NCBI GenBank assembly: GCA_009015555.1
Contig: GCA_009015555.1_3613.1
Source of the DNA: a phage
Reading direction: 5' to 3' (one strand)
Length of the DNA: 64,000 nt
This document shows, one piece after another, positions 1-9,967 of the stretch; positions within the stretch are counted from its first letter, which is position 1, and each line of letters opens with the position of its first letter. Made by a program: the position numbers and the translations under genes. Under the pieces are notes generated by a model that saw nothing but the letters and a program-made list of their open reading frames with translations, was not told the DNA's origin and did not search any database.

Positions 1-196
1 GCCGGAGATCATCGACATGCTTCCCTTGGTCACTCACCTCCGTGTGGTTGAGAACCAGGGTTACCCATTCGGTTTCAACGGTGACGCACAGGCATTTGGG
101 TTCGCATCGGTTTATGACTCAGAGCGTACCGGGGCAGGTGGCATGTCCACCCTAATTTATGTATCGGACGACGAGGAAGACTGGTCGTTCACGTGA
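1..196 (+). CDS. 3' end of an upstream gene truncated by the window edge (probably structural)
   Basis: Open frame from position 2 to TGA at 194-196, then GAGGAG RBS and ATG of the fibre gene at 207. Confidence 0.35.
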   Translation, partial: PEIIDMLPLVTHLRVVENQGYPFGFNGDAQAFGFASVYDSERTGAGGMSTLIYVSDDEEDWSFT

Positions 197-206
197 GGAG
201 ATTTTC

Positions 207-1862
207 ATGGCTAAACCAAAGGACCCTATTTACGTTTGGGCTGCTGCCGACGTAAACCTTCCAGGCACGGGTCGTCCTAACAAATCAAAACCTATTGACG
301 ACTTGCTCGCCAAGGGTTACGATAAAGGACAAAAGCCAGCAGCAGAAGAGTTCAACTATATCCTGAATATGTCCTCTGCCTGGGTTAACTGGATCGTCAA
401 CGAGAAGTTTCCAGAGCTTGAGGCAGAAATCGCCCGGCTCTTGGCAGAACTTGAAAACCGCATCAACCAGCAGTTGGCTGTTATCCGTCAGGATATTGCC
501 CAACTGAAGCAAGATGTCGCAGACCTTCGTCGGTATGTCGATCAGAAGGTTCAAGAACTGAAGCAAGAAATCCAAGGCGTCCGAAACGACCTGAACAAAC
601 TGCGTCAAGACTTTGATGCTGCGATTGCTCAAGTCAACGGACGAATTGATGACCTTGAGCCACGCCTTGTTCCAATCGGTGCCGTTATCCCTTGGCCTGG
701 GGCTACAGTCCCTAACGGCTGGTTGGAGTGTAACGGCCAGGTGTTTAATACCGGGACAAACCCTAAGCTGTATGGAGTCTTGGGGCGTAACGTTGTTCCT
801 GACTACCGTGGTCTCTTCCTGCGCGGCTGGGCACACGGCTCCGGTGCTAACGATCCTGATGCTGGTCGTGCTCTCGGTTCTGTTCAGGGTGACGCCATCC
901 GTAACATCACGGGTTACTTCCCTGCGGATATCGGTCAGTCAGGCTGGATCGGTCGTTACGTTGGTGGTGTGTTCCGGGACGATGGCGCACTGACCTCTGG
1001 TGACCAAGGATCTCGTAGTGGTGAAGTACGTAAGTATAGCCTCGATGCTTCCCGCCAGGTCCCAACGGCCCCGGAAAACCGTCCGAAGAACGTCGCGGTT
1101 ATGTACATCATCAAGACTGACCAGGCACAATCCTCCGGAGGCAACTCACCAACGGCGATCGTCGTCTCTCCAGACACAATCACCAACCGTGTAGGATACA
1201 CCGTCAAAGCGACTGCGAGTGTACTCCCTGCTTCCATCGCAGGTCAATACCCTGTAACATGGTCTACTCAAAATGCTGCGGTGGCAACGGTTGATGGTTC
1301 TGGCAACATCCGCCTTGTAGGGCCGGGTGAAACCAACATCATCGCTTCCATCTCTACCGGGATGAACGTAGCGATCCGTGTGACGAGCTATTCTGTTCTG
1401 ACCAGCATCTCCATTGCTGATCCGGGCCAGATTCCGGTCACAGAATCGAAGATGCTGGTTGTTACCAAAAACCCGGGGAGCGCGAACGAACCTCTGCAAT
1501 TCCTGTCAAATAACTCCGGTGTTGCGACTGTGAACGACGCAGGTTACGTAACTGGTGTTTCCCCGGGAAGTGCCACAATCACGGTTCGTGGTACTCTTTC
1601 CGGAGTGTCATCAACTCGTTCAGTGACTATTATCCCTGAGCAAGTGGAGGAGAGCGTACAGGACAACCGTCTCGGTGCGGTAGGATCTTACATCCCACCC
1701 GGCAACGAAATCAGTTGGACTTTCCAAGCCCCTCAAGGTTGTGCTCTGACAGGTATCATCGTACAAGACGTCGGGTCCAACTCCGCCGACAACATCGGTG
1801 GTGTTTATTACAAACCGATCCAGAAGAAAGTTAACGGCGTCTGGGTCACGATCACGGGGTAA
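207..1862 (+). CDS. tail fibre protein (tail-collar domain, coiled coil, Ig-like repeats)
   Basis: GAGGAG RBS 6 nt before ATG 207. Heptad-like coiled coil (LAELENRINQQLAVIRQDIAQLKQDV), tail-collar-like signature IGAVIPWPG..VPNGWLECNGQ..YP.L...LG..VPDYRGLFLRG, then two Big_2-like Ig segments. Confidence 0.8.
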   Translation: MAKPKDPIYVWAAADVNLPGTGRPNKSKPIDDLLAKGYDKGQKPAAEEFNYILNMSSAWVNWIVNEKFPELEAEIARLLAELENRINQQLAVIRQDIAQLKQDVADLRRYVDQKVQELKQEIQGVRNDLNKLRQDFDAAIAQVNGRIDDLEPRLVPIGAVIPWPGATVPNGWLECNGQVFNTGTNPKLYGVLGRNVVPDYRGLFLRGWAHGSGANDPDAGRALGSVQGDAIRNITGYFPADIGQSGWIGRYVGGVFRDDGALTSGDQGSRSGEVRKYSLDASRQVPTAPENRPKNVAVMYIIKTDQAQSSGGNSPTAIVVSPDTITNRVGYTVKATASVLPASIAGQYPVTWSTQNAAVATVDGSGNIRLVGPGETNIIASISTGMNVAIRVTSYSVLTSISIADPGQIPVTESKMLVVTKNPGSANEPLQFLSNNSGVATVNDAGYVTGVSPGSATITVRGTLSGVSSTRSVTIIPEQVEESVQDNRLGAVGSYIPPGNEISWTFQAPQGCALTGIIVQDVGSNSADNIGGVYYKPIQKKVNGVWVTITG

Positions 1863-1867
1863 TTAAC

Positions 1868-2383
1868 ATGCGTATGAATAACTTCAAACACTACAACCCG
1901 AAGGCGAAAGCCTTCGGGGACGGTGTTCAATATTTTTCTGATGACAAGGGCCGTGATTTTTACGAGAGTCTCGGCCTGTTTACCAAGAAATATGCGGTCC
2001 TTTTCGATGAGTTCGGAATGGTCCGCTTCTTGGTCAAGTCTGTGGATATTTCTATGACTTATCCATTGGGCCTGTCTATTTCTGACCTGAACAGCATCCC
2101 AAAGGACTTCGACATCATGAAGGGGCCTTGGATGTTCGATGGGAAGAAAATTACCAAGGTGGACTTCGACTTGGCTATCGGAACTGCCAAGCGTAAGAAA
2201 GCCATCATGGGGTCTCTGTCCAGCCAGATCACACCATTGGCTGATGCAGTGGGACTGGGTGAAGCAACAGAAGAGGAGATTGAGAAATATAATGCTCTTC
2301 TGAAACTTCGTGTTAAGCTAAATCGGATCTCTGATGACACTCCCGCGAGTGAAATTGATTGGTCTGAGTTCACCGCTGCATAA
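1868..2383 (+). CDS. putative tail fibre assembly chaperone
   Basis: Starts 6 nt after the fibre stop; size and position typical of fibre chaperones; no diagnostic motif. Confidence 0.45.
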   Translation: MRMNNFKHYNPKAKAFGDGVQYFSDDKGRDFYESLGLFTKKYAVLFDEFGMVRFLVKSVDISMTYPLGLSISDLNSIPKDFDIMKGPWMFDGKKITKVDFDLAIGTAKRKKAIMGSLSSQITPLADAVGLGEATEEEIEKYNALLKLRVKLNRISDDTPASEIDWSEFTAA

Positions 2384-2424
2384 CCTTTCAGGCCGGGTAT
2401 TTGCCCGGCCCCAGGAGAACACAC

Positions 2425-2763
2425 ATGGCTCTTGATATTATGTTGATTCTGAAGTCTCTTTGGGGTTTGGTGACTTTCCTTCTGTTGGGGGTACTCAAAA
2501 TCTTTTATTCCGACTTCAAGAAAATGCAGGAGAAGCAGGACGCTCTTGAAAAAGATCTGATTCGGCTTCGTGGTGAGATGGTCAGCAAAGATAGTATTGA
2601 TGACATCCTGGATCGTAAGATCAAGCATATCACCGACACTATTGGCGACATTCGTGCCGACATCACTGACATGCGGAAAGAGGCCAAAGAAGAGACTAAC
2701 GCTCTTCAGAAGGACATCCGCTCCGTACTTAACGTCATGTTGGAGAGTCGTCGCAACAAATGA
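2425..2763 (+). CDS. membrane-anchored coiled-coil protein
   Basis: AGGAGA RBS before ATG 2425; N-terminal TM segment then charged coiled coil. Track start 2401 is TTG inside a GC hairpin. Confidence 0.5.
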   Translation: MALDIMLILKSLWGLVTFLLLGVLKIFYSDFKKMQEKQDALEKDLIRLRGEMVSKDSIDDILDRKIKHITDTIGDIRADITDMRKEAKEETNALQKDIRSVLNVMLESRRNK

Positions 2764-3218
2764 TCACGTCCATTATTTTTGGACTCTGCTTCGTCATCCT
2801 GGCAACTCGCCCGGATGCCGGGGCCAAGATTATGGCGGGGCTTGGCCTCGCCTATCTTGTTCTCGAAAACCTGATGTTTTGGTTTTTCAGCGGGGCCGAG
2901 TTCTTCGACATCACGCTGTACTTTACCACAGCTTGGGCATTGGATTCAATACTTTTATTTGCCGTGGCACTCTTTGTCCGAGGGTATCGTCAGGTCGCTG
3001 TTTTGGCGCTGGCCCTGCCTCTGATGCTGGTACAAGTATTCGCAATCCAATATCCAATCTTATTCCCCGATTGGGTTTATTCCTTCGCCGTACAGGATGC
3101 ACACAGGTATTTCATCGAGGTGTTTATCTTCGTCTATTCCTGGAAGGACAATACAGTCTCCGAGTGGCTCAGAACAGGAACCGTTCTGGCACTTGTTATT
3201 GTTGCCCATCTGGTGTGA
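2760..3218 (+). CDS. multi-pass membrane protein
   Basis: ATGA overlap with upstream stop; four or more hydrophobic segments. Confidence 0.5.
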   Translation: MITSIIFGLCFVILATRPDAGAKIMAGLGLAYLVLENLMFWFFSGAEFFDITLYFTTAWALDSILLFAVALFVRGYRQVAVLALALPLMLVQVFAIQYPILFPDWVYSFAVQDAHRYFIEVFIFVYSWKDNTVSEWLRTGTVLALVIVAHLV

Positions 3219-3241
3219 CGCATTGATAATGAAGGTGTTCT

Positions 3242-3505
3242 ATGCTAAAATTCTTCAAAGACCTCGTAACTTCCCCCATCGAACCTGACAAGGCTTCCCA
3301 CACGAAGTTCTGGTCAAACGTGGGTATGGCGGCTATGACGGCAGTTTTCCTCTGGTACGGCTTCAACAACACCCTCCCGGAGTGGTATGTTTGGGTTTAT
3401 GCACCCACAGTAGTAGCACCTCACCTTCTGAGTGACCTCATCAATCTTCGTTGGGGTATTGCCAAGAAAGAGTCGGAAGTTTCCAACAACGAAGAATCCA
3501 AATAA
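3242..3505 (+). CDS. small membrane protein (one TM)
   Basis: ORF with a central hydrophobic helix (MAAMTAVFLWYGF), same strand as the fibre genes. Confidence 0.45.
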   Translation: MLKFFKDLVTSPIEPDKASHTKFWSNVGMAAMTAVFLWYGFNNTLPEWYVWVYAPTVVAPHLLSDLINLRWGIAKKESEVSNNEESK

Positions 3506-3517
3506 GAGGAGATTCGC

Positions 3518-6500
3518 GTGTCATCCAATACTGATATCATTGCCCTGTTGAGCAGCGATGCTGACAAGGCAGTTGACCAGATCATCGAAGACTCCAAACG
3601 TCTTCACATCGTGGTCAACGGGACGGGCACCGAGCAGGCTGTTGCAGAGGATGGGAGCTTGCTCCCGTCTGTTCGCAAAGCGCTGATCGACAACCTGTAT
3701 TTCAAAACCCCACCTCTTCCCTGGAGAAACGGTGGGTCTGTCAACGAGTTCAACCAGCTTTACTCCTTCACCGACGTAAGCGGGAACACCACTTGGTGGT
3801 ATGCGCCCGGAGCTACGGTATCAAACCCGGTTGTGATGCGTGACAGCCCGATCAATGACGGCAAGTTCAAGGTTTTCTTGGACAAAACCAACATCGCCGA
3901 TATCTATGCCCCTCTGAACTCTCCGAACTTCGTCGGTAACCCCCGTGTGCCTACCCCGGCCCCTGGCGACAACAGCCAAACCGTCCCGACAACCGGGTGG
4001 GTTCAGTCAGAGATGCAGGACCTGGAAGACCAGATCATTGCCTCTATGAAGGGTGATTTCGAAAACATCACCGTCCGTAACGATGCCGTTCTCAAAGACA
4101 CGTATATCAGCGGTGAGTTCATTGTCACCAGTGATAAGTTGTCCGCTGCCAGCGCCGAAGCAACCTTCCGTCGTATTCGTGTGGTCGGCACCGCAGACAA
4201 TACTGAGATCGCTTTTGAGCAGAACACCGCACCTCCAGCGGGGGCGAGCACAAAGACTAACATCAAGCCGTACACGATGTCAACAGGCATCTTGACGATT
4301 GACCAGTTGAAAGGAAAATCTGCCCAGATTGGTGATGTTGCTGTTGCCACGGACTCCCTGAATGTCGATGGGTACATGCGTGGGGATTACCTGCATCTGG
4401 AAGGTAACAACCGAAACAGCACAACCCGCCCTCAGTTGATCGTTGATGGTATTGCAGAGATCAATACGCTGCGGGTGACTGGAACCATCGAGGGTGTAAA
4501 AGCTGATGTTGATGGCTTGGATATTCATCCTCGTAGTGTTATCATCGACGAAGGTTTGACGGTTGGCAAAGATACCTCCCTGACAGGAAAGCTGACTGTC
4601 GGCGGTACAACCAAGGTGAATAACCTGGAGGTTACTGGAACCCTGTCTGGTGTTGCTATCAGTGTTGACGGTAAAGACATCAAGCCCCGCTCTGTTAACA
4701 CCGGGAACTTGGTTGCTACTGGCAACGTGCAGATCAGTGGGACGACCACTGCAACCGGGAAGATCACAACTCAAGATCTTGAAGTGCTTGGCACACTGAC
4801 AGCTAACCTCGACCTGTCCGGGTCGGATCTGAGTGTTGATAATATCAACGTTGCAGAAACCGCGACAATAAAGGATTTGGTGGTTACCGGAAAAACAACC
4901 GGGGTCAAAGGTGACGTTGATGGAACCTTGATCAAGCCTTCTTCTGTTCAGGCAACGGGCCTTGTGTCAGCAGGTTCATTGTCTACCAATGCAAATGCCT
5001 CTATCGGGGGTAACCTGACGGTGACTGGAGAGTTCCGTCCCGCCAGCATGGAAACAGGTGCAGTTGAGGCAGATAGTCTGGTTGTTAATGGTAACATTTC
5101 CCAGACGACAGGAACAACCTCTGTAGTCAACCTGGTTGTCACAGGAACGACAACTGGCGTAACAGCCGATGTCAATGGTGACGACATTTTGCCTCGCTCC
5201 GTGACTACTACTGCGGGGGTTAAAGTCGGAACCACCCTCGACGTAACTGGAAAGACTACCCTCGGAGATGTTGATTTCACTGGGGTTGTTACCGGGCTTG
5301 AACTTGATCTTTCTCAAAAGAACGTGACAGTTAAGTCAATTGCTGCTGTAGATCCTTCTGCATTTGGGGATGTGACGACAGATAATCTGACCAACAGCGA
5401 GAAGATCATCACTCAAGACATCCAAGTTCTGGGTGATATTCTGGATGCTGCGGGGAATCCTGTCAACACCTTTGATGTTACAGGCAAAGATATTCTGCCA
5501 AACAGTGTTCAATCTGCGACGTTTATTCGCGGAAAAACTCTGGACATCAGTGACGGTTCCACCCTCCGTGGCCCTGTCGAGTTCCGTAACGGGCTGACAG
5601 TAACTCTTGGAGACATCATGTCGCCCCAAGGGAAGGCAACGTTCAACGATGTACAGGTCAATGGTGCATTGACGGACGCTAACGGCAACGTCATCGGCTC
5701 CGTTGAAAGCATCAAGGGCAAGGACATTGAACCACGCTCCGTTGTGGCTACCGTGTCTGTACAGGCCCCTCGTCTCCAATCAACTGGGGATATTTTGGGC
5801 CAGAGCGCGACAATCACCAATAACGTCTCTGCGGGGACCTTGGGTGTTTCCGGGTTGACAAACCTGGCAGAAACTCGTGTGAATGCGAAGCTAACAGGGC
5901 AATCCACAGAGTTCGAAACTCTGCTCCTGAAGCGCGTTGCTGGTCAAGATACACCTCGCTTGGTTGTGCAGGGGGATTCAGATCTCCAGGGGGACCTGAA
6001 CGTCTCGGGGACCATTACCGGGATTGTTGACCTGACGGCTCAAGATATCCGTATGAACAGCCTTGTGCTCGCCGAGGATCTTTCTGCAAGGAATATTACA
6101 GGATCAGGCACGGTTCAGGGCGCTAATGGAATTTTCGGCCAGTCTTCCCAGCCCACCACCCAGTACGGTTTGCAGTCTCTTTCCAGCGCTAAGGTAGATA
6201 AAAACCTCGATGTTGGAGGAAACTTGCGGGTAACTGGGGCCATTACCGGAAGTATGGACTTCACAGGGAAGGATATTACCCCACGGAGTGTCGCGGCGTC
6301 AGCCGGAATCGGGGCCGTGGATATCACGGCATCCGGCACGACAACGACGAAGGACCTTGTGGTCACCGGGACGACAAGTTTTGCGGGAGACAGCGTTTTC
6401 AATGCAGGCCAGGTTAAGTCCAAGTTGTTCACCGTTGACATTGGTACTGATATCACTTCAGGATCGGGGTCTTGGATTCCAGACGGGCTTCAGTCCGTTT

Positions 6501-6742
6501 ATAACGTGACGGTTACCGCCGATACCGTTATCGGTTCCATTGCTCAGTTGCCGGGCGCGGGGACTTACTTCTTCTATATCGAGCAGGATGCTGTTGGGGG
6601 CCACACTGTGACCTTTGACCCAGCTTACCTCAAGATTGGTGATGGAGAAGTGGCTACAGCGCCAAACGCAATCTCTCTGGTCCAAGTAATCTACCGTGGT
6701 AAAGGTTCAATCTTCGACTACGTGATTCTTAACCGAGGTTAA
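3518..6742 (+). CDS. large tail fibre / adhesin with tandem ~30-aa repeats (1074 aa)
   Basis: GTG start after a purine-rich RBS. About 8 copies of TGx(T/S)GVxADVDGxDIxPRSV. Followed by a terminator. Confidence 0.8.
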   Translation: MSSNTDIIALLSSDADKAVDQIIEDSKRLHIVVNGTGTEQAVAEDGSLLPSVRKALIDNLYFKTPPLPWRNGGSVNEFNQLYSFTDVSGNTTWWYAPGATVSNPVVMRDSPINDGKFKVFLDKTNIADIYAPLNSPNFVGNPRVPTPAPGDNSQTVPTTGWVQSEMQDLEDQIIASMKGDFENITVRNDAVLKDTYISGEFIVTSDKLSAASAEATFRRIRVVGTADNTEIAFEQNTAPPAGASTKTNIKPYTMSTGILTIDQLKGKSAQIGDVAVATDSLNVDGYMRGDYLHLEGNNRNSTTRPQLIVDGIAEINTLRVTGTIEGVKADVDGLDIHPRSVIIDEGLTVGKDTSLTGKLTVGGTTKVNNLEVTGTLSGVAISVDGKDIKPRSVNTGNLVATGNVQISGTTTATGKITTQDLEVLGTLTANLDLSGSDLSVDNINVAETATIKDLVVTGKTTGVKGDVDGTLIKPSSVQATGLVSAGSLSTNANASIGGNLTVTGEFRPASMETGAVEADSLVVNGNISQTTGTTSVVNLVVTGTTTGVTADVNGDDILPRSVTTTAGVKVGTTLDVTGKTTLGDVDFTGVVTGLELDLSQKNVTVKSIAAVDPSAFGDVTTDNLTNSEKIITQDIQVLGDILDAAGNPVNTFDVTGKDILPNSVQSATFIRGKTLDISDGSTLRGPVEFRNGLTVTLGDIMSPQGKATFNDVQVNGALTDANGNVIGSVESIKGKDIEPRSVVATVSVQAPRLQSTGDILGQSATITNNVSAGTLGVSGLTNLAETRVNAKLTGQSTEFETLLLKRVAGQDTPRLVVQGDSDLQGDLNVSGTITGIVDLTAQDIRMNSLVLAEDLSARNITGSGTVQGANGIFGQSSQPTTQYGLQSLSSAKVDKNLDVGGNLRVTGAITGSMDFTGKDITPRSVAASAGIGAVDITASGTTTTKDLVVTGTTSFAGDSVFNAGQVKSKLFTVDIGTDITSGSGSWIPDGLQSVYNVTVTADTVIGSIAQLPGAGTYFFYIEQDAVGGHTVTFDPAYLKIGDGEVATAPNAISLVQVIYRGKGSIFDYVILNRG
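4440..6330 (+). repeat. in-frame tandem coding repeats inside the fibre gene
   Basis: Repeated protein motif V(T/D)G(K/D)DI(x)PRSV at irregular spacing; DNA copies are diverged. Confidence 0.6.
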
Positions 6743-6745
6743 TAC

Positions 6746-6771
6746 AGCCGCCTTCGGGCGGCTTTTATTTT
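6746..6771 (+). terminator. rho-independent terminator
   Basis: AGCCGCC-TTCG-GGCGGCT hairpin followed by TTTTATTTT, directly after the fibre stop. Confidence 0.8.
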
Positions 6772-6780
6772 GGAGGTATT

Positions 6781-7977
6781 ATGTTTCCTTTTGCTATTAT
6801 TCCACCGTTTGTTCTTTCAGGCAAGGAAAAAATCAAGCAGTTTTCGGTTACGTCTTACGACAGTATGGTCCTGACTGATAAGGGGAACCTGTATGTTACA
6901 GGATTCAACCGGGTGGGTGAGCTTGGTGTTGGGGACACAACTAACCGAAATAACCAATGGGTTTTGGTAATGCAGGACGTAAACTGGATTGCAAGCAACC
7001 GTGAGAAGCTGTGGGCAATTAAGAACGACGGTTCCATTTACACCCCGGATCTTCGGTCATCCAGTACAACTGCATATACTTGGCAAATCGACACGGTAGC
7101 ACCTGGAAGTATTGGGGATTTGTCTGGGGATAATATCAAGGAGATTTACAGCGACACAGAGAGCGTATATATCCTCAAAAAGGATGGTTCACTGTGGTAT
7201 CTGGGAAATAACTCTAAAGGCCAAGCTGGAAACGGGGGAACTTCCTTAACCACACGCTTTGTGAAGGTTTCAGATGGTGTGGTATCTTGGTCATCCAGTG
7301 GACCCACTGTTGTTTTCGTGAAAACAGACGGATACTTCTGGGGCTGCGGATCAAATTCCCGAAATATCATTTCCTCTGCTGGCAGCAGTATCACAACCCC
7401 TACCCGGATGTTTAGCACCACCCACGCTGACGGAGGTGTTGTAACAGATTACACGCTGGCCTCTGACCAAGCGTTTTTGATCAGATATAGTAATGGTAAA
7501 TATCGTACCAAAGGTCTCAATATCGGACAACTTCCTTCAGGGGATGCAAGTCCATACAATACCCTTACGGACGTTCCTGACGGATACACCCCCGGTGATG
7601 GAACGGAGCCTCTGGTAAGCAAAACAGGAGGGGTGTCGGCCTCTGGAACTTGGCCTAACTATAGTGGTCTTTTCTTCTACCATACGGGAGGGAAATTCAT
7701 AGTCACTGGTCAAGCAAGCGGGAGAATTTCCGGGACCAGCCAAACCAGCGGTACACTCTCAAACTGGACCAATGTCGATGCGGCAAGTGACGAGATCCCA
7801 TCTATCAAGGGAATGACCTTCGGACTGGGTTGGGTTGCTGCCTACAACGATACGCAGATTCTGTACTGGGGGTATACGGGAAACTCCTCTGCATATCCGG
7901 TTGTGGGATACCTAATGCCCGGACCTTCAAGGCTTGAATATGTGGCACGTTTTGCAACCCCGCCGATCGAGGCATAA
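6781..7977 (+). CDS. RCC1-repeat (beta-propeller-like) protein, probably fibre-associated
   Basis: GGAGG RBS. Repeated G-x-N-x-x-G-x-L/A-G-x-G motifs (GFNRVGELGVGD, GNNSKGQAGNGG, GLNIGQLPSGD). Confidence 0.65.
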   Translation: MFPFAIIPPFVLSGKEKIKQFSVTSYDSMVLTDKGNLYVTGFNRVGELGVGDTTNRNNQWVLVMQDVNWIASNREKLWAIKNDGSIYTPDLRSSSTTAYTWQIDTVAPGSIGDLSGDNIKEIYSDTESVYILKKDGSLWYLGNNSKGQAGNGGTSLTTRFVKVSDGVVSWSSSGPTVVFVKTDGYFWGCGSNSRNIISSAGSSITTPTRMFSTTHADGGVVTDYTLASDQAFLIRYSNGKYRTKGLNIGQLPSGDASPYNTLTDVPDGYTPGDGTEPLVSKTGGVSASGTWPNYSGLFFYHTGGKFIVTGQASGRISGTSQTSGTLSNWTNVDAASDEIPSIKGMTFGLGWVAAYNDTQILYWGYTGNSSAYPVVGYLMPGPSRLEYVARFATPPIEA

Positions 7978-8010
7978 TAAAAAGGCACCCTAACGGGTGC
8001 CTTTCTTTTT
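7978..8010. terminator. bidirectional rho-independent terminator between convergent blocks
   Basis: AAAAA-GGCACCC-TAAC-GGGTGCC-TTTCTTTTT: A-tract on one side and T-tract on the other. Confidence 0.8.
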
Positions 8011-8021
8011 ATCATGACAAC

Positions 8022-9254
8022 TTAGAAGGGGATGTCATCGTCGAAATCAACTTCCGGCGGAGTCATGTCGATATGACCGTTGCTGCTTGTCGCAGGAGTC
8101 GATTGTAGAGTCTCCGGTTTAGGGTCCACCTTAGGGTCAGGCTGGGACTGTGCAGTTTGTGCCACAGAGCCACCAGAACTTTGCTCACCCTTGACGTATG
8201 CAGATACGCCCGGGACAACCTCGCTCATGAGACCACGAGCATAAGCCAACAGCTTACCAGTGATCTCTTCTGGATTGTCGTTCTCACCAACCTGGATATC
8301 ACGGGTGGCGTTCAGAACAGCATGGCCCACCATCGCACCCAGATCGTAATCAGACATACCCTTGTTAGCCGGATCATTTGCAGCGTCCAGCTTCAGATGT
8401 TTGGTGACATCATGAACAACCTTGGCTACTTCCACCACCGGAGGGATAGTCAGACCGCTACGACGCAGGTTCAGGGCACCGTTCAGTGCATGGCCCGTTT
8501 CCATACCGGAGTTGTCCTTCTTGAAACCACCTTTGGAACCGCCCGCACCTGCACCAGCAGAACCTTTTGGACCGTAGGCTTTGAAACCTGACAATGTACC
8601 ATCCTCAGCACGTTGCCCTGCCAGGCGACCACCCACCTGAACTTGGGCGATCTGCTCTTTGTTCAGAACCACAGAGACTTCATTACCGTTCTCATCCTTC
8701 ACCACAGCGCCTGTATCGCTCAGGGAGAGGATTTCTCCGTAAACCTTAGTGGTTTTGCCACCTGGGGCGTTGGACGACGCAGAGGACGTCTGAGAGCCTC
8801 CTGCATTGCCTGCCGGGGCGGCATCACGGGCACCGGATTTGTCGGTAATAACGATCTTGGATTTCTTACCCTCCGGGGCAGAGCGTTCGTTGCCGTCACT
8901 ATCAGTCCACTTACGGATCTGGACAGGAACACGAATTGCCATACCCGGCTTCAGGTCAACCCATACTTCGCCTTCTTTTACCTGATACTGGCTTTCGTAT
9001 TTCATGTTCTTCACTTCGTGAGTTCCGAAGCTGATCCACACCTGATCTTCACCGTTTTTAACCAGCAGAGATGCACGGTGAGTGGCAACGATAGTCTTAC
9101 CCTTGTTCGGACCCTTGTTAATGGGGGTAATTTTCGGACTGCCGTCCTCGTTGATGCGTTTAATGTTGATACGTTCGATAGTACCAACAGCCAGGCTTAC
9201 CGTAGAGTTGTCGATCGGGTTAACTACTTCGGTAATTACTTTAACATCAGACAT
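8022..9254 (-). CDS. ssb: single-stranded DNA-binding protein
   Basis: C-terminus DFDDDIPF (bacterial SSB-type acidic tail); Gly/Ser/Ala-rich linker; N-terminal beta-rich region. Confidence 0.75.
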   Translation of the reverse strand: MSDVKVITEVVNPIDNSTVSLAVGTIERINIKRINEDGSPKITPINKGPNKGKTIVATHRASLLVKNGEDQVWISFGTHEVKNMKYESQYQVKEGEVWVDLKPGMAIRVPVQIRKWTDSDGNERSAPEGKKSKIVITDKSGARDAAPAGNAGGSQTSSASSNAPGGKTTKVYGEILSLSDTGAVVKDENGNEVSVVLNKEQIAQVQVGGRLAGQRAEDGTLSGFKAYGPKGSAGAGAGGSKGGFKKDNSGMETGHALNGALNLRRSGLTIPPVVEVAKVVHDVTKHLKLDAANDPANKGMSDYDLGAMVGHAVLNATRDIQVGENDNPEEITGKLLAYARGLMSEVVPGVSAYVKGEQSSGGSVAQTAQSQPDPKVDPKPETLQSTPATSSNGHIDMTPPEVDFDDDIPF

Positions 9255-9339
9255 TCACTTCTCCTTCGAGGATAAACAAGGCCCCAGAATTGAGGCCAGG
9301 ACAACAGGTTACCACATTTACTCAGAATTGCAAGGTGCC

Positions 9340-9525
9340 TTACCAGACACCGAACCAAACGCCGACCCCGTGGATAACACCGACCGGGGCGAAGATAGCA
9401 CCCGCAATCAGGAACAGCCACGACGCAGTTTTGATACACACCACAACGTGGGTGATCCATGCGACGATGGATGCGATTACGATTGCCAGCCAACCCAGAC
9501 CTAAACCTGCCAGTAACTTGTTCAT
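9340..9525 (-). CDS. small membrane protein (two TM)
   Basis: 61-aa ORF, almost entirely hydrophobic. Confidence 0.4.
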   Translation of the reverse strand: MNKLLAGLGLGWLAIVIASIVAWITHVVVCIKTASWLFLIAGAIFAPVGVIHGVGVWFGVW

Positions 9526-9537
9526 TTCCTCTCCTTT

Positions 9538-9915
9538 TTACAAATAGACGCGCTGCACCTCTTTGTCTGCTTGATCAAACATCAAGTTTGCAGCATTAAT
9601 GTCCTTAATCATCTCCTCCGTCATCTGATCCGGGCGCAATGCCCGCAGTGAACGTTTGAAGAGGACTTTCGGATCTTCAGTTACATCTCCCGACACATCG
9701 AACATCTTGATGATCATCTTCACCGGAACCTCACGAGAAATCTGTCCGCCGACGTTGATGGCGTATGTAGCCCCTACTTCAACTTGACGGTGGTCCAGTT
9801 CGTACATCAGATTCAGGTTAACGTATTTGTATTCGTCGCAGCGAGTAATGTTCTTCTGTGCCTGAACACAAACCCAGCCCGGCTCAACAAAAGTGTTATC
9901 GAAAATGCTCATCAT
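9538..9915 (-). CDS. hypothetical protein
   Basis: Track ORF in operon orientation; no motif recognised. Confidence 0.5.
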   Translation of the reverse strand: MMSIFDNTFVEPGWVCVQAQKNITRCDEYKYVNLNLMYELDHRQVEVGATYAINVGGQISREVPVKMIIKMFDVSGDVTEDPKVLFKRSLRALRPDQMTEEMIKDINAANLMFDQADKEVQRVYL

Positions 9916-9967
9916 GTCTTCCTCATCAGTTAATGTTGTGACCAGTATACCTACATTCCCGTAGAAG

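Noticed and set aside
9236-9493. 85-aa minus-strand ORF overlapping the SSB start and the small membrane ORF 9340-9525
   Set aside because: Arg/Cys-rich translation in an alternative frame, overlapping two better-supported genes.
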